64,000 nt of DNA from Diplonema japonicum (Eukaryota > Protista > Euglenozoa: Diplonemea). A program made the translations under genes and the position numbers. The stretch spans positions 1-64,000 of the forward strand of contig OZ025723.1 in the NCBI GenBank assembly GCA_964019335.1, in the 5' to 3' direction. Positions 1 through 8,576 of this stretch are shown piece by piece (the stretch's first letter is position 1; each line of letters starts with the position of its first letter). The notes under the pieces were generated by a model. It did no database searches and was not told the origin of the DNA. It saw only the letters and a list, made by a program, of their open reading frames with translations.

Positions 1-48
1 GGGTTTGCGGGTTTGCGGGTTTGCGGGTTTGCGGGTTTGCGGGTTTGC
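1..48 (+). repeat. (GGGTTTGC)6 octamer tandem repeat, running off the window start
   Basis: Six perfect GGGTTTGC units followed by an A-run. Variants GGTTTGC(A/G) recur at 2398-2418 and 2914-2940. Confidence 0.9.
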
Positions 49-57
49 AAAAAAAAA

Positions 58-1337
58 TGGGGGGGCAGAGAGGGAGGGGCACTACCTTCTCTCGGGCGTG
101 CTGTCTCTCCCTCTGCCTTTTTTTCCTCCAAAGAGGGTCTGTTTTTCACCTCCGTGGAGGGTCCCTCTGGAGAGGGCTCTATAAAAGAAAAAGGGGGGGA
201 CAAATGGGGGGGAGGAACACTACCCTCTCTTGGGAGTGCCACCTCTTCCCCTCTCTCTCTGTTTTCCTCCGAAGAGTGTCTGTTTTTTACCTCCGTGGAG
301 GGTTCCTCTGGAGAGGGCTCTAAAAATGAAAAAGGGGGGGACAAATGGGGGGGAGGAGCACCACCCTCTCTTGGGAGTGCCACCTCTTCCCCTTTCTCTC
401 TATTTTCCTCCGAAGAGGGTCTGTTTTCCTCTGAAGAGGGTTCTAAAAAAAAAAAGGGGGCGGGTGGGGCACTATCCTCTCTCGGGAGTGCCACCCCCCC
501 TTGCCCACAAAAAAGGGGATCTAAAAAAGGGGGTTCATCTGTTAACCCAGGGGATGGGTCTTCCTGGGGTGTGCAGGTGAGCTTGGGGCCTACCGCACAC
601 AGGGTGATCAACACCCTGACACCAGTGGACATCCCAGACGGGATGTGGTGTGTCCACTGGTGTCTCGCTTCACCTTCCAACAGTGCCCATGAGAAGGGGG
701 GCACCAGGTATCTCGCCACCCTGTCCCCCCTCCTCATGACCATTGTGGTCTCGGCTCCGTACGAGAGGACTAGGACAATCGGTCCCAGCCTCACGTCATC
801 CTTGTGGGTGGCAATCCCACAACCAGACTTGTACTTGTTGACAAGTACCTGGTTGGGGACCACCTTGAGCCCTGCGGCGGCGGCCACCTCCCTCACCCAC
901 CCCTCCACCCCCCCTGGGATCCCCGTGGTGGGGCGCACCTTGGCGTTCGTCCCCTCCCACCGGTACCTGTATTGGAGGGTCTCCCTCCCTGAGTTCCCAG
1001 ACAGGGCCTCCCACTTTCCTGAAAGCAGGGCTTTTGGGAAGGCAGGGGCCGGGCCCATCCTCAACCCAGGAGGGTGTTCACCATACACCAGTACCCACCC
1101 CTTTTTTTCTCCCTCTTTTCTTCCCTCTTCAACAATAGCAGGGTCGGCTGCAGGGGTCGTGGTCGCGGCAGTCGTGGCTGCGGCAGGGGCGGCTGTGGCG
1201 GTCTCAGTTGTGGCGATCAGGGCGGCAGGGTCGGCTGTGGCGTTCAGGGCGGCTGGGGCGGCCGTGGCTGTAGCAGCGGCGGTCAAAACCGCGGTCTCTG
1301 CTAGTGATTTTTTTATTCAAGGTGGTGGGGATAACAT
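58..1337 (-). mobile_element. Degenerate mobile-element ORF encoding an AlkB-family 2OG-Fe(II) dioxygenase domain plus C-terminal repeats
   Basis: Manual translation of the minus strand. ATG at 1337, TGA at codon 7, then open to the window start, with an in-frame Met at 1058. It reads GRETLQYRYRW...PNQVLVNKYKSGCGIATHKDDVRLGPIVLVLSYGAETTMVM...VPPFSWALLEGEARHQWTHHIP...RVLITLCAV. HxD at 798-806, distal His at ~642-656. Confidence 0.75.
70..500 (-). repeat. ~141-nt (47-codon) tandem repeat, about 3 copies, in the C-terminal part of the AlkB ORF
   Basis: GAGAGGGCTCTA...GGGGGGGACAAATGGGG at 170 and 311 (period 141). Minus-strand unit is roughly EPSPEEPSTEVKNRHSSEENRERGEEVALPREGSVPPPHLSPPFSF. Confidence 0.85.
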
Positions 1338-1339
1338 GG

Positions 1340-1601
1340 AAATATAAGAAGTACATCAGATGTGTTGTTTGCTGTTGACCTCCTCGTTGGTCATCACCAG
1401 TAGCGCCCGAGTGGAAGAACGTAACGCAGATGCTCAGGGTGACGAACAGGCAGCAAACTGCACGAGCGCAGAATCTTGGTTACCCAGGACGCCCCGGCTA
1501 GGGTTGAGCACACCGCACGCATTAAGGACACGACGCGGAACGCAAAAGAAGCTACAACTCGGCCAGGGAGCGCCCCCTGTAATCAAGTAGGTAGTTCGTG
1601 C
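1340..1601 (-). repeat. Repeat family A (5' terminal/UTR region of the AlkB element), CpG-intact copy
   Basis: Lies directly upstream of the AlkB ATG. Alignable with 4435-4935 (inverted), 6341-6527, 6572-6625 and 7525-7670. Confidence 0.85.
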
Positions 1602-1703
1602 TTCATTGCACGCTTAACACCACCTAGTGTTGCAATCAAAGCCCCATTTATTTTATTATTTTTTTTTTCTAAAGGGGGGTGGGGGGATCTAGGGGGTGGG
1701 GGT

Positions 1704-2047
1704 GGGGATTCATACTGCCCAACCAGATAGTCTGGTTGGGTCGGCCCTGGCATCATGTGCAGCCTGGTGGCCTGTCGGGGTTCCTTCTCCCTGTGGTTTG
1801 CACGGTCACCTCCTCTTGCATTCCGTCTTGGATCCATTTTTTATTTTTTTTATTTTTTTTTAAAGTGTGTGTTGGGGGAGGGGATCCTTTCGGTAAGCGG
1901 CAGGCAGGCCGACAGGCAAAACAACCCCCCCAGACGACGGCAACAACAGACAACGGACGCAGCGGCAAACCCAGGCAGAGGCAGCAGGCACCAGCAGAAC
2001 ACAAACGACCAATAAAGTACAGAAACTGTAGCTTTAGAATCATTGGT
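1704..2047 (-). mobile_element. SL-headed retroposed unit, copy 2 (SL, ~150 nt, A-tract, ~130 nt with hairpin)
   Basis: Tandem homolog of 2048-2395. Starts with the SL and ends at GAATCCCC. Hairpin CCCAACCAGA-TAG-TCTGGTTGGG at ~1718-1740. Confidence 0.75.
2010..2047 (-). other. Spliced-leader exon copy (38 of 39 nt)
   Basis: Reverse complement is ACCAATGATTCTAAAGCTACAGTTTCTGTACTTTATTG. It carries the conserved euglenozoan SL 3' half CAGTTTCTGTACTTTATTG and a diplonemid-type 5' half, with one CpG>TpG change versus the other copy. Confidence 0.92.
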
Positions 2048-2395
2048 GGGGATTCATACTGCCCAACCAGATTGCCTGGTTGGGTGGGTCTCGGTGCCAT
2101 GCACTGCAGGCTGCGGGCTTGCTCCTGCGGGCTGCGGCTGCAGTCACCTCCTCCTGCGAGTCGTCTTGGATCCATTTTTTTTTTTTGTTTTATAGTGTGT
2201 GATGGGGGGGAGGGGATCCTTTCATTGAGCAGCAGGCAGGCCGACGGGCAAAACAACCCCCCCGGACGACAGCGACGACGGACAACAGATGCAGCGGCAA
2301 ACCCAGGCAGAGGCGGCAGGCACCAGCAGAACACGAACGACCAATAAAGTACAGAAACAATAAAGTACAGAAACTGTAGCTTTAGAATCGTTGGT
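2048..2395 (-). mobile_element. SL-headed retroposed unit, copy 1, with an extra relict SL
   Basis: Order is SL (2358-2395), relict SL (2342-2357), body, A-tract, hairpin CCCAACCAG-ATTGC-CTGGTTGGG, then the GAATCCCC end. Confidence 0.75.
2358..2395 (-). other. Spliced-leader exon copy (38 of 39 nt)
   Basis: Reverse complement is ACCAACGATTCTAAAGCTACAGTTTCTGTACTTTATTG. It differs at about 2 internal positions from the Diplonema papillatum SL as I recall it (AACCAACGATTTAAAAGCTACAGTTTCTGTACTTTATTG) and lacks the first A. Confidence 0.93.
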
Positions 2396-2418
2396 GTGGG
2401 TTTGCAGGTTTGCGGGTT

Positions 2419-2875
2419 GACAAGGGCCAACAAGGCAGAGAGAGGACACAATGGTGGGAATCTGGACACAGCTGTGGTGGCTTCTGAAAGGCAAGGGAGC
2501 AACCCTCACACTGCAGTACATCCCAAGTCACTGTGGTATTGCAGGGAATGAAGTGGCTGAGAGGCTGGCAGCGGCAGGTGTGAAGGAACAACAGAGGCAG
2601 CCAGTGAGCCTTGGATCAGTGAAAAACAAGCTCTGGAAATGTGCGAAAGACAGGATTGATGCAGAGCTGGACAAGCAGACAGCCTACCAGAAGCTGACAA
2701 AGGGCAAGGAACCCCCAAAGACAAACAGCTTGGGCAGGAAAGCCGAAGTCTGCATCAATCGACTGAAGACAGGACACCACCTGCTGCTGAAGGACTACCA
2801 TGAGGGTCCGAAGCAAAAGCCATGTCAGCTGTGTGGCACGAAGTGCTGCACCCTGAACCACCTGGTGATGAGCTG

Positions 2876-2878
<3 letters not shown>
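2419..2878 (+). mobile_element. Non-LTR retrotransposon fragment: RNase H C-terminal half plus CCHC zinc knuckle (I/ingi-like group)
   Basis: LQYIPSHCGIAGNEVAERLA (RNase H), RLKTGH and CQLCG...TLNHLVMSC. Truncated at both ends and cut by a T35 run at 2879-2913. Confidence 0.85.
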
Positions 2879-2914
<36 letters not shown>

Positions 2915-3724
2915 GGTTTGCAGGTTTGCAGGTTTGCAGGGACTTGAGAAAATAAATAAAAAGGGGGACTTGAGAATGTTTTTTTTTTTTTTTCTTCACA
3001 AGATAAACCTTAAGAGAAGATAAAAATATTCCAAAACAGACAATCAAGTTCCAACCTGGGAGGAAGGCATGGGTTTCTCTTTTTCTTTATGGGAGGGAGA
3101 GGGGAAGAAGAAGAGGCAACTCCAATTTAAATGATAAAAATTCAAAAATAAAAATTACAAAAAAGTCTTAAAAATAAAAAGTTGTGACACAACAAGTCCA
3201 CCGATGAAAAATGAAACCCAAGAGGAAGGAGTGGGTCTCTTCTTTTCTTTTTTTTTTTTGGGGGGGGGAAGGGAAGGGAAGGAGAAGAAGAGGTAAATTC
3301 TAAAACATACTAGGGAGGAATGAGTGGGGCAGGGGGTAAAATTTAGGAGGGGGAAAGAGGGAGAATCAGAATTTCAAAAAAAAAAAAAAAAAAAAAAAAG
3401 AAAAAGAAAAAATAAAAATAAAAAAAAACAAAAAAGAAAAACAAAAAAAAATCTAAGTGGTTCTATCTAGCCTGGCTGTTGTAGCACCTGTTCCCTATTC
3501 TTTATTTTTCCCTTTTTTTTCAGAAAAAAAAAAACAAATGTTTCACATCTTCCTATGGTGGGGGGGGGGGGGGGGGGGCAGAACTGGGAGCCAAAGGCCT
3601 TAGGCCAGAGGCACTCCTCGAAAAACCACAGCAGACCACAGACCTCTTCAGTTCAATTGAAGAGATGATCACACAGGACCAGCAGTAGAAGTAAATAGAA
3701 TAGTAAAGAAAAAAAAAAAGAGAA

Positions 3725-4030
3725 AACAGGAATGGAGAACAAAAAGAAAGGAAATAGTGTGAGAATTGAGATAATTAATGGGATGAACAGGACAAATGAG
3801 AAAAGAAAAAGAAAAGGGAAAAGAAAAAAAGAGAACAAGTGTAGGAATATAAATACAGATAAGAAGAGTGCCATGAAGAGAAGAAAGAGGAAGAAAAAAG
3901 AAAAAAAAAGTTTGTGAGCAGCAGCCTTATCTAATCCCGTTTACCCAAACAACCCAACTCGTTTACCCCCAGAAAAAGAAGAAGAGGAAAAAAAAAAGAG
4001 AACAAGTGTGAAATAAGAAGAGTGCCACAA
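3725..4030 (+). repeat. Repeat family B (purine-rich, ~300 nt); second direct copy at ~6866-7150
   Basis: Both copies share GGAAATAGTGTGAGAATTGAGATAATTAATGGGATGAACAGGACAAATGAG...CCTTATCTAATCCC.TTTACCCAAACAACCCAACTC. Confidence 0.9.
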
Positions 4031-4233
4031 AGAGAAAAAAAGGAACAAAGAAAAAAGAAAAGAAAGAGAAAAGAAACAGTGAGCAGCAACCTTAGAAGGA
4101 AAAAAAAACCCCCTAGAAGGAAAAAAAAAAGAAGAAAGAAGAAAGAAAAAAAAAAAAAGAAAGGCAAAACTTGTAGATAAAGACCCTGCAAATGTGTGGT
4201 ATGAGTTGCTCACCCCCCTACCCAAAAGTGAGC

Positions 4234-4360
4234 AAAGTGTCCATTAAAGAAAAGCAAGCCAGGATAGACTTGTGTACCCTTTTTTTCACTCCTCTCACTT
4301 TCACCCACCCAGGCCCCACCCACCCCTACCCCTACCCAAGGCCAGGGAGGGAGAAAAAGA
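4234..4360 (+). repeat. Repeat family C (~125 nt); second direct copy at ~5979-6105
   Basis: Both copies share AAAGTGTCCATTAAAGAAAAGCAAGCCAGGATAGACTTGTGTACCC...CCCAAGGCCAGGGAGGGAGAAAAAGA. Confidence 0.9.
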
Positions 4361-4434
4361 AAGGAGAGGGCTTGGCCAGCCAAAAAAAAAAGAGGTTTAT
4401 TTAAAAAAAAAAAGGAGGCTGGTGTTGGCAGCAC

Positions 4435-4935
4435 CCTGCACAAGAACTGTCTACTTGATTACAGGGGGGTGCACCACAGCCGAGTTGTAGCTTCTTCTGC
4501 ATTCTGCATTGTTTCCTTAATCACTGTGGCTGGGATGTAGCTTCTTCTGCATTCCACATCATGCCCTTAATCACTGCAGCCAGGTTGTAACTTCTTGCAT
4601 TCCATGTCATTTCCTTAACCACCACAGCCAGGTTGTAGCTTCTTCTGCATTCTGCATCGTGTCCTTAATCACCATGACCAAGTTGTAGCTTTTTGTGTTC
4701 CATGTCATTTCCTTAATCACGATGGCTGGACGGCTGGGTTGTAGCTTCTTCTGCATTCTGTGTTGTGTCCTTAATGTGTGTGGTATTCAGCTCAACCCCA
4801 GCCAGGGCACCCCAGGTAACTAAGATTCTGTGCTTGTGTGGTTTGCTCAGTGATGACAGATGAGGAGGTCAACAGTGAACAACACATCTGATGTTTTTCT
4901 TATATTTTCATGTTATCCCCACCACCTGAAAAAGA
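4435..4935 (+). repeat. Repeat family A copy with an internal ~50-nt x6 minisatellite and the first codons of the AlkB ORF
   Basis: GTTGTAGCTTCTTCTGCATT...CCTTAATCAC units at 4484-4775. Ends TTCTTATATTTTC-ATGTTATCCCCACCACCTGAA (ATG at 4910), matching the reverse complement of 1320-1350. Confidence 0.85.
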
Positions 4936-5630
4936 AGATAAAAGATTTTTTTTTTTTTTTTTTTCCTACCAACAGTCAGCACCCCCATGCACACTGAATT
5001 TTTTTTCTTTTTTTTTTTTGTATATTGTGCACCAGGAGGTGCACATTGTGACACCCCTGTCAGTGTTGTTATGGGAAAAAACCCAGGGGGGTGGGGGGGC
5101 AGGGGGGCAAAAAAAATTTTTTTTCTAGGGACCCTCACTTATTTCTCATTTAGCACCCTCAAAACAGACTTTTTTGGAAATTTTTAGCCAAAAAAAAAAT
5201 TTTTTTTTTCCCAGGGGACCCCAAACTTGGGGTCACTTTGGCCATTTTTGACCCAAAATTTTTTTTCTGGAAATAGCCAGAAATCATAAAATTTATATTT
5301 AAAACACCTTAAAAACCCACTTCTGCAAACCAAAAAGTTCAGAAAGGTGTTTAGGTGGAATACACATCTCTAAACTATATTCTGAAGTAAAAAGTAAGTA
5401 AAAATCCAAAAATTTCAGGGGGGCAACTCATTCTCTTAACAACACTGGGAGGGTAATTTTTTTTTTTTTTTTTTTTTTTGAACACCCAATTTGGTCCTGA
5501 AAATGGAATTTTGAACAGCCAATGGAAAGTTTTGACCCTACTTGGACTGAAAAAAATCTTTTAAAAATCACTTTAGGAATTTTTGGAATTTTGGCCTAAT
5601 TTTGGGTGATGATAAGCAAAATGCTCCTTG

Positions 5631-5781
5631 AAGTAGGTTTCCCAGCTGTGGTTACCTAATCGAATTTTTTTTTCCTTCAAGGAATCAACTTTCTTCCGAA
5701 AATTTAAGATTTATATCATTCTAGCACCTTGTAACTCACTTTTCAGGAAACACACATTTTCACACATTTGAATTTATTCTT
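5631..5781 (+). repeat. AT-rich repeat with an inverted copy at ~6684-6808
   Basis: CTGTGGTTACCTAAT...CTTCAAGGAATCAA...ACACATTTGAATTTATTCT matches the reverse complement of 6684-6808. Confidence 0.8.
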
Positions 5782-6340
5782 AAGTTTTTTTCTGAACCTA
5801 TTTAATTTTTAAACCTAATAAAGAAAGTGTAAATCTCCTAATCAAAACTTTTTAGTCCAGTGTTGCCAAAATGGGTTGAAAATTAAAGTACCCGGCTGGT
5901 TACTTAATGCAGCATAGACAGAAAATTTGCAGTGTTGGGGTGGGCCAGACCCCTCAGACCACCAGTCTGGCCCACTACAAAGTGTCCATTAAAGAAAAGC
6001 AAGCCAGGATAGACTTGTGTACCCTTTTTTCGCTCCTCTTCACTTTCACCCACCCAGGCCCCACCCACCCCTACCCCTACCCAAGGCCAGGGAGGGAGAA
6101 AAAGACACACATGTCACACTTCCATCCCTCACCCATGCCTTCACTTTGATCAGGTCCTTGACCTTTCCCACTGGGGCCCTTATCCTTGCATTGCACCTCT
6201 CCAAGAACTCATGTAGTGTCACCTTGGTAGCACTGGCTCCCACCACAATGCCCACTACCCCTTCCTTCCCTGGTGTCGGGTGGTGTCTGCACCCCTGGGT
6301 CTGCAACTTGACCACCCTCCATGCCATTTCCAGAGTCCCC

Positions 6341-6527
6341 TAATGCAGATGCTCAGGGTGATGAATTGGCAGCAAACTGCATGAGCACAGAATCTTGGTT
6401 ACCCCAGGTTGCTATGGCTGGGGTTAAGCTGCACACTGCACACATTAAGAACACAACACAGAACACAGAAGAAGCTACAACTCAGCTGCAGTGCCCCCCT
6501 GTATCAAGTTAACAGTTCTTGTGCAGG
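6341..6527 (-). repeat. Repeat family A copy, CpG-depleted
   Basis: Aligns to 1422-1601 with the CpGs replaced by TG or CA. Confidence 0.85.
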
Positions 6528-7524
6528 CACCACCAACACGACGAACAGGCATTTCCTCCATCCATTTGGCTGGTCATCACCTGTAGCACCCTGAGTGGAA
6601 GAACAAATTGCAGATGCTCAGGGTGAGTAAACTACTTAGGGCACCTATTTCTAGGGGGATTTTTGCTCCTCTTAAATGGTGAAAGAATAAATTCAAATGT
6701 GTATATCCTGAAGTGAGTTATAATATAAATTTTAATTTTTTGGATGAAAATTGATTCCTTGAAGAAAAAAAAATTCAATTAGGTTACCACAGTTGGGTGA
6801 CCTATTCCTAGGAGGCTCAATATCACCCTCCAAAAAAAAAGAAAAAAAAAAGAGAAAAAAAACATGAACAGAAAACAAAAAGAAAGGAAATAGTGTGAGA
6901 ATTGAGATAATTAATGGGATGAACAGGACAAATGAGAAAAGAAAAAGAAAAGGGAAAAAAAAAGAGAACAAGTATAAGAATATAAATATGGATAAGAAGA
7001 GCACCATGAAGAGAAGAAAGAGGAAGAAAAAAAAAGTTTGTGAGCACCTTATCTAATCCCATTTACCCAAACAACCCAACTCATTTACCCCCAGAAAGAA
7101 GAAAAGGAAAAAGAGAGAACAAGTGTGAAATAAGAAGAGCACCATGAAGAGAAAAAATAAAAATACTTTCTACCCTCCTGCATGTGTTGAGCTGCACACT
7201 GCACACATTAAGGACACGACATGGAATATTGTGCTGTCAGTGTTGTGGTGATATAGTCACCACTTTCAACCTTGATGATGCAAAGAGGAAAAAAAAAGGG
7301 GGGGGGGGGGAAACTAGTTTGACACTCCATTTGTTTGTGTGCACAAGCAGAATTTTACCTAATAAAATAGCTCATTACGCTGCCATCAACTAGTTTTTAG
7401 TCTTGACAATAATATTGTTAAAACAAAAAAAAAGTAAGGAATTCCCTGTTCTGCCAAGTTCTGGTTCTGCCATTCTGCCAAGTTCCGACTTTCAGTTTGG
7501 CAGAAGGGAATGGAACAACCCAAT

Positions 7525-7670
7525 CCTGCACAAGCAGAATCTTGGTTACCCAGGACGCCCTGGCTGGGGTTGAGCTGAACACCACACACATTAAGGACAC
7601 AACACGGAATGCAGAAGAAGCTACAACTCGGCTGTGGTGTACCCCCTGTAATCAAGTAGTCTTGTGCAGG
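7525..7670 (-). repeat. Repeat family A short copy bounded by 10-bp inverted repeats
   Basis: Begins CCTGCACAAG (7525-7534) and ends CTTGTGCAGG (7661-7670). Confidence 0.8.
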
Positions 7671-8576
7671 TCCTTTAACTCATATATCTCTCACCACGGC
7701 TGGGTTGTAGCTTCTTCTGTGTTCCGCATCGATCACCACAGCCGGGTTGTATTACATCCAAATACAACATTTCTGGACATTTGTACATACCTGCAGCTGC
7801 AGTGCACCAGAGTAGATAGGTGCAAATGGCTTGATGGAGCTGTGCATGTCTGTGGTATGAAGAAGAAGAAAAAGAAAAAAAAAAAAAAAAAATCGTTGTC
7901 CAAAAATATTTGAAAAAAAATTGTTTGCAGGTGTGTCAAAAATTGCAGAAAATTTGAGTCTGGTCAGTCTGGTCAGTCTGGCCGATCCGGTCAGTCTGGT
8001 CAGTCCAGTAAAATGGGTACACCAGACCAGACCGGATTCACCTAGCCAAATCCTTGGGGAATTTTTGGGTCAAAAATGGCAAAAATGAGCCAAAGTAGGG
8101 GTCCCACTGAGAAAAAAGAATTTGGTCCATTGGTAGATGGTTAAGGGTGATTTTTACCTTGTATGAAGTTGGGAAGCTCATCCATTATAGTTTGATAGTC
8201 TTGAACGGATGCTTTGATAATGACAGGGTACACACCAAAGTTTTAAACACGTTGGGTGGACCATGGGATGTTGTTTCTGCACATCATGAACTCCAACCTC
8301 CACCTCCACTCAACTACTAGCTGTTGCACAGGATCAGTTGTGATAAAATACACCCCCACCCACCCACTGCATATTAGGGCCTTTTTTTTTTGCTCAGTTT
8401 TAGCTATTCCTATGTTGGGATGAGGGACATAATGTGCTGTTTTTGAGAAAATAGCAGTTTCTTTCTATTTTTCCTTTTCTTAAAACAGTTCCACTCAATT
8501 TCTTTTTTTACTGTCAAAGTAATTTTAATTCTTCCTTGTAATGTTACATAAATCAGCACCTGTCAAGAATCCACAC

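Noticed and set aside
1-48. Telomere at the window start
   Set aside because: The G-rich strand is on + at the left end, the wrong orientation for a left telomere. The unit is not TTAGGG and it recurs internally.
13-1347. 444-aa plus-strand ORF in the ORF track
   Set aside because: It is the antisense shadow of the minus-strand AlkB ORF. It starts inside the octamer repeat and has no motifs.
1440-1570. ingi/L1Tc-type 5' signature or HDV-like ribozyme (minus strand CCCTGGC...CTCAAC...GCCGGGG)
   Set aside because: A P1-like pairing is possible, but I could not form P3 or the nested pseudoknot. It would need a covariance-model or RNAmotif search.
2010-2395. Functional SL RNA gene array
   Set aside because: GT does follow the exon, but the first A is missing, no Sm site or sense T-tract terminator is evident, no linked 5S rRNA is seen, and one copy has a relict SL. 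Not fully excluded without the true locus.
4484-4775. CRISPR-like array
   Set aside because: The units are contiguous ~50-nt degenerate monomers with no unique spacers, in a eukaryotic context with no cas genes.
6046-6327. 93-aa minus-strand ORF adjoining a family A repeat
   Set aside because: It may be a fragment of element coding sequence, but no motif is recognisable and it runs into repeat C.
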